Shown here in pieces: positions 21,064 through 30,648 of a DNA stretch of 64,000 nucleotides. Every line of letters starts with the position of its first letter. Position 1 is the stretch's first letter. The notes under the pieces were generated by a model, which worked only from the letters and a program-made list of their open reading frames with translations, did no database searches and was not told where the DNA came from. Made by a program: the position numbers and the translations under genes. The stretch is from Candidatus Heimdallarchaeota archaeon (lineage in GTDB: Archaea > Asgardarchaeota > Heimdallarchaeia > Heimdallarchaeales > Heimdallarchaeaceae): assembly GCA_016840095.1 (NCBI GenBank), contig JAEOSZ010000089.1, positions 1 through 64,000 on the forward strand. Direction: 5' to 3'.

Positions 21064-21978
21064 ATGCAAAAAGAAGAACTTAGTGAGATATTGGATGATT
21101 ATCTTTTCAGTAACTCATATTTAGATGCAGAAAAACTCAGTAAAAGAATTCAGGTGACTGTTAAAGAAATCAAAGAATATTTCTTTTCCAGACCAGCTGA
21201 ATGGGGTTTTATAAAAGATGGAAGTTCTTTGTTTTTTGCTCATGAGATGATCAGAAGTGTACTCAATGATTTACATGATTCATTCTGGAATTGGTATCTA
21301 AAGAATGTTCCAAGTTATAGTGATCTTGCATGGGAAGAAGGTTCAGCTGTAGCGGATACATCAAGAATAAAGGTTATCAAACAACCAAAAATAATAGAAG
21401 GTAGTTTAGTAAAAACGTTTTCTGCACGAATAGTTATTTTGGGAGAAGAAAAAACTGGTAAACAATCTTTCATTTATGCTTTATCTGGTGAATCGCTCAA
21501 TCGACCAGCTCCAGGTGTATTTTTTGGTAAACTCAATAGTTCTATTGAGGATTTCAATATTGACTTTGAGTTCATAATTCTAGATATTCCTCCTGATTCC
21601 CCTCACTGGATTTATGCAAAGGCAAGTTTTGGAGTTGTTCTTGCATATGATATAACAAATTCAGAAACATATGGAAAATTGAAGTACTGGTTGGATACAT
21701 TTCTTGAAACATATTCATATGATCTTTGTCCTCCTATTTTGCTCTTAGGCACTAAGATTGATCTAATTGAGAAAAATGAACTTGATGAATTCAAAATTGT
21801 CGCAGAACTCTTCAGAGAACAGTTAGAGTCAGAATACGGTACGATAGCAGTAAGCGAATTTGTTTCTTTAACTGAAGGTACAAACGTTAAAAATACTTTT
21901 CAGAATTTTGCAAAAATATCCCGTCAATGGTATCAGATAATTAAAGAAGAGTACTCGAATGATAATCTAATTCTATAA
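21064..21978 (+). CDS. Ras/Rab-like GTPase-domain protein with degenerate motifs and an N-terminal extension
   Basis: RIVILGEEKTGKQS, LAYDITN, ILLLGTKID, VSLTEGTNV. Confidence 0.75.
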   Translation: MQKEELSEILDDYLFSNSYLDAEKLSKRIQVTVKEIKEYFFSRPAEWGFIKDGSSLFFAHEMIRSVLNDLHDSFWNWYLKNVPSYSDLAWEEGSAVADTSRIKVIKQPKIIEGSLVKTFSARIVILGEEKTGKQSFIYALSGESLNRPAPGVFFGKLNSSIEDFNIDFEFIILDIPPDSPHWIYAKASFGVVLAYDITNSETYGKLKYWLDTFLETYSYDLCPPILLLGTKIDLIEKNELDEFKIVAELFREQLESEYGTIAVSEFVSLTEGTNVKNTFQNFAKISRQWYQIIKEEYSNDNLIL

Positions 21979-22061
21979 TAGATACAATACGAGAAATTGC
22001 AGAAAAATATTAAATGTCCATCATCTACAATTAATCATAGAAGCTGAAATCAAATCTCCCA

Positions 22062-23729
22062 GTGAATAGAATGGTAAATTTAAGAGACCTTAAAATCAAA
22101 AATATAAGTTTGAAGAGGATGAATGGAAAAAAATTAACCAGAATTCTAGTTATAACATCCATCTCAATTTTTATTTTTGCCATGTCTCTCTATGCTAAGA
22201 ATCTTATCTCAGATTGGTATCATATACAAAATGGAACCAGTTTTTATTGGTACCATACTGATGGAGGAGATATAACAAAAATATGGTACTTGGAGATATA
22301 TTCTGATTCCTCATATTATTACGAACCATACTTAGAATCTTTTCGCTATTACAATTGGAATCCTTATGCAGGCGGTCCTGAAGCTCTTAATGGGTATGCT
22401 TATGGACCAATGTTTATTTATGGTATATATTTTATTTCTCTTTTTGTTAGTCTATTCTATCCTCAACTTACAATACCTGAAGTTGTTTCAGAATCAGTTA
22501 AATGGACACATCTTGTTTTTGATGCATTATCAGTAGTTATGGTGTATCTGATTGTTATCATGTACAAATCGTTTAAAGAGAAAACATTAACAAAACATTC
22601 TTTAGGGGTATTGTCAGCAACGATATTTCTAATGATGCCATTTAATCTTCTTTATGTAGATTCCGCTTACTTAAATACCCCTCAAATGACTTTCTTTACG
22701 CTGTTATGCTTATTATTTTTCATGAAGGAAAAATACAAATTAACTGGTTTCTTCCTTTCACTTGCATGGTTATCCAAACAAATGCCTTTGTTTCTATTGA
22801 TACCCTGGTTTTTGATAATTTGGAAGAAAGTTGACTTAAGAACTTCCTTCAAAAATTTTTTATTTCCATTTTTAATAACTACTTTTCTTATTTCTTTGCC
22901 ATGGATTTTCATGACACCTATTGAGTATGCTTGGAGAGTTTTTGGACCGGGGGCACCATTGACAGTACTAGATTTAGAACATACTTCACATACTGTTTCA
23001 CTAGCTCATAGTTTTCTATTTCTTGGAAAGCCAAATTTGGCTAGTTTCTATCATAAAATCAATTTGTATATGGTGCCTTTCTTACTGTTTTATGCATTAG
23101 CAGCTGTTTTTGCTTATTTTAATGGAAAAAAGATAGGTAATAATGAAAGTTACCAGGTAATATTCACTACTTGGATAATCATCAATACTCATCTATTCAT
23201 TTCAAGAGGAGTTTACAAATATTATAATGCATTCCTAACTCCATTTGTAATTCTCAGCTTGCTAACATTCATAGAAGATAAAAGTACAATTTTAATGAAA
23301 AGAATCAAACCAAGAAAATTTAAACCTTTATCTGATATACAAGTTGGACCTTCCACAAGCAAAGAAAATTATTCGTTAAGGGATACTGAAAGTATATCTT
23401 TTGTAATCATAAGTTTTCTTTTTATCTTATCAAGTGCTCTCTTCACTTATTTCAGTTTAGTCCTTATAATAAAAACAAGATATTTACACCCACTACTGCT
23501 ATTGATTTTGTTTGTAGTTATCAGTCTACTAATCTCACCGTCAATCTATTACAGTCTGTTCGATTCAAGAAATTACAAGATGATTAAGACGGACATAATT
23601 TACATCTTTAAGCAAACAATAATTGGTATTAAGAGATCCTATTGGATAGTTACTAGCACTATAGCATTAGGTTATAATAAATTAAAACAAGGAATTACGA
23701 AGATATCTCACAATAATAATCAGAAATGA
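22062..23729 (+). CDS. GT-C fold membrane glycosyltransferase (GT87/PMT-like)
   Basis: Lumenal D..YY and YAYGP loop, LAWLSKQMP, many TM helices. Confidence 0.7.
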   Translation: MNRMVNLRDLKIKNISLKRMNGKKLTRILVITSISIFIFAMSLYAKNLISDWYHIQNGTSFYWYHTDGGDITKIWYLEIYSDSSYYYEPYLESFRYYNWNPYAGGPEALNGYAYGPMFIYGIYFISLFVSLFYPQLTIPEVVSESVKWTHLVFDALSVVMVYLIVIMYKSFKEKTLTKHSLGVLSATIFLMMPFNLLYVDSAYLNTPQMTFFTLLCLLFFMKEKYKLTGFFLSLAWLSKQMPLFLLIPWFLIIWKKVDLRTSFKNFLFPFLITTFLISLPWIFMTPIEYAWRVFGPGAPLTVLDLEHTSHTVSLAHSFLFLGKPNLASFYHKINLYMVPFLLFYALAAVFAYFNGKKIGNNESYQVIFTTWIIINTHLFISRGVYKYYNAFLTPFVILSLLTFIEDKSTILMKRIKPRKFKPLSDIQVGPSTSKENYSLRDTESISFVIISFLFILSSALFTYFSLVLIIKTRYLHPLLLLILFVVISLLISPSIYYSLFDSRNYKMIKTDIIYIFKQTIIGIKRSYWIVTSTIALGYNKLKQGITKISHNNNQK

Positions 23730-23828
23730 AAACTGATATAATTTCCAATTTTCGGATTTAAACTACTTGCCCGAATCCTCAAAAGTTATAAACCACGTCC
23801 TCTATATATTAGTCATAGCAAAAATCGA

Positions 23829-24407
23829 GTGCGTCTGATGTTTCATAAATTGCGTAAGTCTACTAGAGGTGTTTCTGAGGTTATTGCCACAGTTATGATT
23901 ATCTCTCTCGTTGTTGCAGCAGCTGGAATTGCAGCTGGTGTATTGTTGAATGTTGAAGAAGTGGATTTGTTCGGTTATCTTGATATTCCTCAAGAGAAAG
24001 AGGTTGTGATTACTGTAGATATACTTACAATTAATGATACAGATCTAGACGGTTCTGCTGATACTATAATTTTCTTTTTGTCACTAGACGCAGAATCTCC
24101 CACAATATACATTCAGGATTTTGATATACTTCTACCTACAGGATTGTTATTAGATGATTCGAATCCGTGGTTGATAGATGTCACATCACAACTATGGAAT
24201 GAAGAGTTCTCTGGATTTACTCTGCAATATGGTTACATCAATGCTTCTTTTACAATTCAAGTAGATAATTTAAGTTTGAATGAAGGAGAAATTGATAGTG
24301 GAGCTAGTTTCTATATAGTCATTGATTACTCCTATCTGTCAGAATTAGGAGGAAAACTAAGAAAAATATCAGACTTCTATCAAAGTTCACTTTTAGTTTT
24401 TTCTTAA
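23829..24407 (+). CDS. Archaeal type IV pilin-like protein
   Basis: Class III signal peptide KSTRG/VSEVIATVMIISLVV; likely start is ATG 23838. Confidence 0.8.
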   Translation: MRLMFHKLRKSTRGVSEVIATVMIISLVVAAAGIAAGVLLNVEEVDLFGYLDIPQEKEVVITVDILTINDTDLDGSADTIIFFLSLDAESPTIYIQDFDILLPTGLLLDDSNPWLIDVTSQLWNEEFSGFTLQYGYINASFTIQVDNLSLNEGEIDSGASFYIVIDYSYLSELGGKLRKISDFYQSSLLVFS

Positions 24408-24497
24408 TTTCTTCTTGAAGTAAAAAGCACATTTTTTGATAGAGAAATTTCTTATATTCATGGTTTAATTGAAACAAAACAAAATGAGGAGAATTCT

Positions 24498-25820
24498 TTG
24501 TTAACACATATTGATATTTTGAAAAAATTAGTTTCATTTCCCACAGTTAATAATCCAATAGAAAACAACTTCCCTTCAAATGAAATTCTAACTTTCATTG
24601 GAGAAGAGCTTTTAGGATCTTTGGGATATCAGAATATTTACTATGAAGCAAGTGGTTATTCATCTTTAATATCGTATATGAAAAGAGGTTTTCCAAAAAT
24701 CTTATTTTTGGGTCATTGTGACGTAGTTCCTGAAGGTCCTGATTGGAAAACAAATCCTTTTGAAATGACAATAAAAGGTGAAAAAGCCTTTGGAAGAGGA
24801 ACTGCTGATATGAAGGGGGCAGTTTCTACAATGCTGAGTTTAGCAGAAGATTTTGCTAAACTAGAAGTAGGAACCATAATCTATCTTATCAATCTTGACG
24901 AAGAATCGGGTGGAAAATATGGTGCAGGAAAGGCAATTGAATACCTTGAGAAAAATGATCTTACTCCTGATTTTGTTATTAATGGGGATGCAAATGGTCT
25001 TCAAGTAGTTAATAAAAGAAGAAATTCCTATGTGGCTAATATCAAATTAAAAAAGGCCATGCACAAGATTCGTGGAAGAAAGGAAACTAAGACATTTTCA
25101 ACAGAAATTGCTGGTAATCGAACAATGCATGCAGCTTATTTCATGAAAGATATTGATACCCACTGTGTAGATAAGGCTTCAGATTTTTTGAGAAAAAACG
25201 AATTTTTGGTGCATTCTTTAGAAGGAACCTTTGTAAAGAATAATGTTCTTCCATCAGAAATTAGAATAGAATTTATAATCCCAGATATCGAGAGCAAGCA
25301 AGAATATGAGTATGATGAGAATCTGACAAAATTCCTTTACTCAGCTTTTAAGTTCAAGGACATAGATATCCCCTCAGGACCAAGCGATTACGGAATAAAT
25401 CTTACATTTAACTATTATTTAGATGAAGCAGATTATCATCTATGTCAAATGGATTTGAGAATTATGAGCCGATCAATAGATGATGTTAGGAAGTATTTTG
25501 AAGATTTCATTGTTGATTCTGAGATAGAAGCAGAAATTGAAACAAAGGGAAGCATTGGACCTGTTCATACAGATAAAGATTCGAAATTGGTGAAAACTAG
25601 CTTAGAAGTTGCTAAAGAAATGGATATTTCTTCTTATCCTATCGAAATGGGAGGAGCAACTGATTCAAGATGGTTCAGTGCTAAAGAAATTCCTTCAATT
25701 GAATTTGGTCCTCTTGGAGGAAATGTTCATGGTTCGAATGAATATGTTGAACTATCAAGCTTGGATGTTGTAAGAGATTTTTATCTTCAACTTGTTACCC
25801 GTTTGCTAGAATCCGAATAA
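24498..25820 (+). CDS. M20 family metallopeptidase (ArgE/DapE-like)
   Basis: GHCDVVP, GRGTADMKG, DEE, GGATD, HGSNE. Confidence 0.9.
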   Translation: MLTHIDILKKLVSFPTVNNPIENNFPSNEILTFIGEELLGSLGYQNIYYEASGYSSLISYMKRGFPKILFLGHCDVVPEGPDWKTNPFEMTIKGEKAFGRGTADMKGAVSTMLSLAEDFAKLEVGTIIYLINLDEESGGKYGAGKAIEYLEKNDLTPDFVINGDANGLQVVNKRRNSYVANIKLKKAMHKIRGRKETKTFSTEIAGNRTMHAAYFMKDIDTHCVDKASDFLRKNEFLVHSLEGTFVKNNVLPSEIRIEFIIPDIESKQEYEYDENLTKFLYSAFKFKDIDIPSGPSDYGINLTFNYYLDEADYHLCQMDLRIMSRSIDDVRKYFEDFIVDSEIEAEIETKGSIGPVHTDKDSKLVKTSLEVAKEMDISSYPIEMGGATDSRWFSAKEIPSIEFGPLGGNVHGSNEYVELSSLDVVRDFYLQLVTRLLESE

Positions 25821-25915
25821 ATTTGAATGAATCCTTTCAGTCAGTTTATATATCTGAAGATTACATGCTACAAAAGAATTAAAATCTTGTAAAAAAAAAT
25901 AAGGTAGGGATAGGT

Positions 25916-26662
25916 ATGTCACTTGAACCAAAAAGAGCATACAAAATTGTTTTAATTGGCGATCCAGAAGTAGGTAAAACTTCGATTCGAAGAAAATACA
26001 TGGGAAAATCCTTCAGAGCTGATTATCTCAAGACTCTTGGTGCAGATTTCGCAGCTCAAAAGGTGAATGTAGAAGGAGAATCGGTGCTCTTAACTATATG
26101 GGATTTAGCTGGACAATCAATATTTCATGGAATGAGATCATCTTTTTACCACGGGTGTAAATGTGCACTTGTAGTTTTTGATGTAACTAACCCTAAATCT
26201 CTTGAAAATTGCCTTAAGTGGGCTCAAGAAGCAACTAACTATGCAAAAAATTCTCTGAAGTATATATATCTCATTGGAAATAAGATTGATCTTGAAGAAG
26301 ATAGATTAGTAAACCCTGAAAATATTGAAAATGTTGCTCAACATTTTAGAGAATCTTTGAGTTTCCCAGTAGAATTATATGAAACATCAGCTCTTACGGG
26401 AGAGAATATTATTGAGCTTTTTGAGACTATGAGTAGAAGGTTGATTATTGGCGATGACAAAAAAGAAGAGCAGCTCGAACTCCATACTGTTGAAAAAACT
26501 TCAGAGCTAAAGCAAAAATCTCTGACTGAAACAACTAGTACAAATGAAGCAGTTGGAAAAGTTGTTCAATTGCTTGAAGAACTTGAAAATAAATTTACCA
26601 CTCTTCAGAATGATTTAAACGAAGTAAAGAAAACAATTGACGACCTAACCAAGAAGGAATAA
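25916..26662 (+). CDS. Rab-like small GTPase with C-terminal coiled coil
   Basis: G1 GDPEVGKT, G2 YLKTLG, G3 WDLAGQ, G4 NKID, G5 TSAL. Confidence 0.92.
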   Translation: MSLEPKRAYKIVLIGDPEVGKTSIRRKYMGKSFRADYLKTLGADFAAQKVNVEGESVLLTIWDLAGQSIFHGMRSSFYHGCKCALVVFDVTNPKSLENCLKWAQEATNYAKNSLKYIYLIGNKIDLEEDRLVNPENIENVAQHFRESLSFPVELYETSALTGENIIELFETMSRRLIIGDDKKEEQLELHTVEKTSELKQKSLTETTSTNEAVGKVVQLLEELENKFTTLQNDLNEVKKTIDDLTKKE

Positions 26663-26848
26663 AAAAGAGTTCTACATTATTGCAAATGTCTTCTTACCAT
26701 GTTCTGTCTAGGTTAATTACATACACGTTTTAAACGACAAATTTTCACACTTAGTATACTAATATAGAACTATAATACATAATACTTTTATATTACGTTT
26801 AAAATGATTCAACTAGCTTACTGATTGTAGGCAAAGGTGAAATAAAAA

Positions 26849-28105
26849 ATGAATAAGAAAGGACTAATTTTAATTTTCCTTTTTGTCGTATCTACTGTCG
26901 GTTTTGTTGCAATTTCAAATGCAGCAACTGACACAGCAGTAGACGTCACAATTCACTACGTACCATCAGGTTATGTTGACATGGGGTATTGTTGGGTTGA
27001 ATTTGACGAGCGATTTATAGACGATAATTCTGTTTTTGGACAGAATGATGATATCTATTTCGGATTCTATTACGACGTTCCCGTTGGAGCTTGGTTTGGA
27101 GCCGTTGGACCTGGAGGCGGAATGCAACCAGATGAATGGTTCTATGCTGATCTAAACAACGCAACTGAAGGATATACAGGTAGTGACTTATACAATGTTA
27201 CTCGATTCTCCGGATGGTTTGATGTAACCCTCGATGGTTATGATTTGGGACAAAGTAATTTTGATATTAGCGGAAGTGGCGATACATATCAAGATATAGT
27301 AGTACAATTAGATATCGGATGGCATTATCTTACTATAACAGCAGCAGAACTAGTATCAAACGGTAATCATACCGAATGGCACTGGGAATATGCTAGCGAC
27401 GCAAAAAGGTTCTATGTTGGTGAAAACAAAGATGTTATACCACCATCAGTAACTAACGCATACTTTAACTTTGTAGATGTAGATGACGTTGCAGTTGATT
27501 CTGAAGATTTAGAAACTGGATATTACTCTATCACTGGATGGTTAGACAATCCAAGACCAGTTGCAGAAGCAAACTTGACTTTACAATACCAAGTTGAAGA
27601 AGTAGTAGGTACTGAAGCAGTTCCTGTAACAACAGATATAGTTGCATATTACAACTCTACAGATGCAGACCTTGTACTAACAGGTGCCCCATATGGTGTT
27701 GTTTATGACAATGTTTACGAAATGGGACCACATACAACTGTATGGAGAGTTAACAACATTGATCCAGTAGTTTGGAATGGAACAGACTATATCAAAATAG
27801 ATGGCACAACATACTTAGGCAGTGGTGTCTATGAAAACAATGGTGGACTTGTTTCTGAAGACAGTTTATTACCTGGATTAAACATTGGACAGAACTACGT
27901 TTACTTATACGTATTTGGTGGAGCTGTAGATGACATTGGTGTATACTATGGACATCCTGTACCAAGAATAACAGTAGATATAGCTGTGTTCAATTTATGG
28001 GTTGGAGAACCTCCTGAAGAAACAGGTTTTAACTTCGGTATACTTATAAGTGTCTCAATACTCGGGCTAGCAGCCGCACTATATTTTGTGCGCCGTAGAA
28101 AATAA
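26849..28105 (+). CDS. Secreted acidic surface protein with C-terminal TM anchor
   Basis: Signal peptide, AAGGTG RBS, ends TGF-TM-RRRK. Confidence 0.75.
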   Translation: MNKKGLILIFLFVVSTVGFVAISNAATDTAVDVTIHYVPSGYVDMGYCWVEFDERFIDDNSVFGQNDDIYFGFYYDVPVGAWFGAVGPGGGMQPDEWFYADLNNATEGYTGSDLYNVTRFSGWFDVTLDGYDLGQSNFDISGSGDTYQDIVVQLDIGWHYLTITAAELVSNGNHTEWHWEYASDAKRFYVGENKDVIPPSVTNAYFNFVDVDDVAVDSEDLETGYYSITGWLDNPRPVAEANLTLQYQVEEVVGTEAVPVTTDIVAYYNSTDADLVLTGAPYGVVYDNVYEMGPHTTVWRVNNIDPVVWNGTDYIKIDGTTYLGSGVYENNGGLVSEDSLLPGLNIGQNYVYLYVFGGAVDDIGVYYGHPVPRITVDIAVFNLWVGEPPEETGFNFGILISVSILGLAAALYFVRRRK

Positions 28106-28123
28106 AAATAAGGTGAGCTTAAA

Positions 28124-30055
28124 ATGAAGAAGAAATCAGCGATTTTCGCAATTTTTATTCTCTCTAGCCTTGTTGTAATGAGTGCATACAACGCAAATAC
28201 TCTTCAGGCACAAGGACCTATCGCAAATATTGTCTTAAAGACAAACGGCGGTGGTGTTCGACCTGATATGGCGTTATACATTGCACAATACTTACGAGAC
28301 ATAGGTATAGAAGTAGAAGTTAAAGTAGAGGAATGGGTTGTATTCCTTGGAACACTGTTTCTGACACACAACTACGACATAGGAATTGTGGGTCTAACAG
28401 GTGGTGGTGCGTACCCCGGTGGAAGAGATGTTTGGATGACAGACGGGTCATTAAACGTTTTCGGACTAGGGCCAGACATACCATATCAAAACGAATCTGA
28501 AGAAATGCAAGATACACAGGTCACAATGGTTGATCCTGATGAAAGACAAGCATATCTTTACGAATGGCAACAGCTAGTAATGGACAAGATTATCCCAATT
28601 CTCCCATTGTACTCAGCCAGAGTATACAATGTTCTTTGGGCCAATACACTTGGTTATGATGAACGTTGGGGATTAAGAGATTCTCTACCATACATGAGCT
28701 ATGATGGCTATCACAGCGGTCAAGAAGATTTAACTGAATTCAGTTTTGCAGACGCAAATTGGAAAGATCTGAACCCATTGTTCTCAGATGATTCATCCAG
28801 TTCAACACTTGCAGGTTATCTATTAGAATCAATTCTGCAATTGAACCCAGATTTTGCTCCATTAAAGACAGGTCTTGTCTATGATTGGGAACAAATTGAT
28901 GAAACTCACTTCCAATTCTGGATGATGGACGATGTCTATTGGAATCCATCTTACAACTCTACAGATAGAGATGCTAACTCTGTACCACTAGGAGATATTC
29001 CTGTTGGAGAATACATGGTTGGTCTAAGAGATGGTTTACCAAGTACTGGTACCAGTCACCAAGTAACTGCAAAAGATGCTGTATTCACATATCTAACATG
29101 GTCTAATGCCGAGATAAGCGAAAGTACAAGCTATCAAGAATGGATTTCAGACTGTTATGTCGATCCAGTAGATGAATTATCATTCCACATACACATTGAT
29201 GGTGATCCAGATACTCCTGAAATCGAATCATACGCAGACATGTGGGCAAATCTGCCTTGGGAAGTCTTACCAGAGTTCTTCTTAAACTCAACTGATCCAA
29301 CTGTTACTTACACAGAAGGTGGAGTTGAATGTACTGGACTATACGCTGATATGATCAACACACCACAATGGGTTGCTTTCTCAACTTCCGCATTTGGTTG
29401 TGGACCATACAGTTTAGATTACTCAATCAAAAACTCAGTTTCAGTATTAAGAAGATGGGATGGATGGCACGGTAAAGGTGCAATAACTGGTGAAACCGGT
29501 TTAACTCCTTTCGTTGATTCAATTAACATTCGTGTTATTCCTGATATTTCCGCAGAATTAGCAGAATTCAAAGCTGGTAAATTAGACATTGCTGGTGTAA
29601 CCTCATTCGCTTCAGAAAGAAAGATTATGCAAGCAGATCCACAATATATCGTAAATTCATTCATTGCATCCTCAATGAGATTTATGTTCTTCAACCTTCG
29701 ACGACCATTCATTGGTGGAGTAGACAACAACATATTCCTAGACGAAGCAGGTAAAGAAGAATATACAGTCGGTGCAGCTGTCAGAAAAGCAATTAATTAT
29801 GCTGTCGACAGAGATGAAATGAATACAGTAATTCACGATGGTGAATCATGGGTAGCACACAGTGTTATTTATCCTTCACAAGCATTCTACTATTACAATG
29901 ATATCATCAAGTACAATTATGATCCTGATGCATCATTTGAATGGTTAGAAGCTGCAGGATACGATATACCTGAGAGAACTCCGTTCCCAGTATTTGCTAT
30001 ATTCGCCGCTATTGGTGCAGCCGCATTTCTTGCTTACTACCGCAAAAGGAAATAA
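28124..30055 (+). CDS. ABC substrate-binding protein family 5 (OppA/DppA-like), circularly permuted
   Basis: VTAKDAVFTY, GCGPY, FFNLRRP, VRKAINYAVDR, YNYDP...LEAAGY and IAQYLRDIGIEV motifs; C-terminal TM anchor. Confidence 0.85.
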   Translation: MKKKSAIFAIFILSSLVVMSAYNANTLQAQGPIANIVLKTNGGGVRPDMALYIAQYLRDIGIEVEVKVEEWVVFLGTLFLTHNYDIGIVGLTGGGAYPGGRDVWMTDGSLNVFGLGPDIPYQNESEEMQDTQVTMVDPDERQAYLYEWQQLVMDKIIPILPLYSARVYNVLWANTLGYDERWGLRDSLPYMSYDGYHSGQEDLTEFSFADANWKDLNPLFSDDSSSSTLAGYLLESILQLNPDFAPLKTGLVYDWEQIDETHFQFWMMDDVYWNPSYNSTDRDANSVPLGDIPVGEYMVGLRDGLPSTGTSHQVTAKDAVFTYLTWSNAEISESTSYQEWISDCYVDPVDELSFHIHIDGDPDTPEIESYADMWANLPWEVLPEFFLNSTDPTVTYTEGGVECTGLYADMINTPQWVAFSTSAFGCGPYSLDYSIKNSVSVLRRWDGWHGKGAITGETGLTPFVDSINIRVIPDISAELAEFKAGKLDIAGVTSFASERKIMQADPQYIVNSFIASSMRFMFFNLRRPFIGGVDNNIFLDEAGKEEYTVGAAVRKAINYAVDRDEMNTVIHDGESWVAHSVIYPSQAFYYYNDIIKYNYDPDASFEWLEAAGYDIPERTPFPVFAIFAAIGAAAFLAYYRKRK

Positions 30056-30213
30056 AATATAATTCCCTTTTTTCTTTTTTTCTTTTTAATTTTCTAAAAA
30101 TCAAATATTAGTAAATAATCTATTAGTACACGTATACTAATATATAAGTAGCAAGAAAGTAATTAGTCTCTTGTTAGTAACTGTATTTTGAGAAGCTAGA
30201 TACATATAATCTT

Positions 30214-30648
30214 CTAAAAGTAAATTGCTGCAAACACTGAGGAAACAATTAGAAACACTGAAATTTTAAGTAAAGAATTACTCTTCATCAATATTCTGAG
30301 GAAACTTCTATCTTTTGTAGGTTTGACAATAAAAATTCTGGAGGTTCTACCAGAGGTTATATAAAAAATAAAAAGTAATACAAAAGCAGTTAAAAGAACT
30401 AGGAACATTAATAGTGCTCCAAAAGAAAGAGGACTACTTTCTTGATATATTAACTTGGCAAAATAGTAATTGACTACGAGTAGTATCGGTGTATAGAGTA
30501 AACTGCATAATGGAACCGATAGCATTTTTTCTAAGATAACTTTACTAAGCGATTCTTCAAATAGATAATCACAACGTGGGCATGTAAAAACACGCATAGT
30601 TCCTTCTTTATTTACAGTCTCAGTGTAGCCACAGTAGGGACATTTCAT
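30214..30648 (-). CDS. Zn-ribbon membrane protein
   Basis: CPYCG...CPRC followed by 3 TM helices. Confidence 0.65.
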   Translation of the reverse strand: MKCPYCGYTETVNKEGTMRVFTCPRCDYLFEESLSKVILEKMLSVPLCSLLYTPILLVVNYYFAKLIYQESSPLSFGALLMFLVLLTAFVLLFIFYITSGRTSRIFIVKPTKDRSFLRILMKSNSLLKISVFLIVSSVFAAIYF

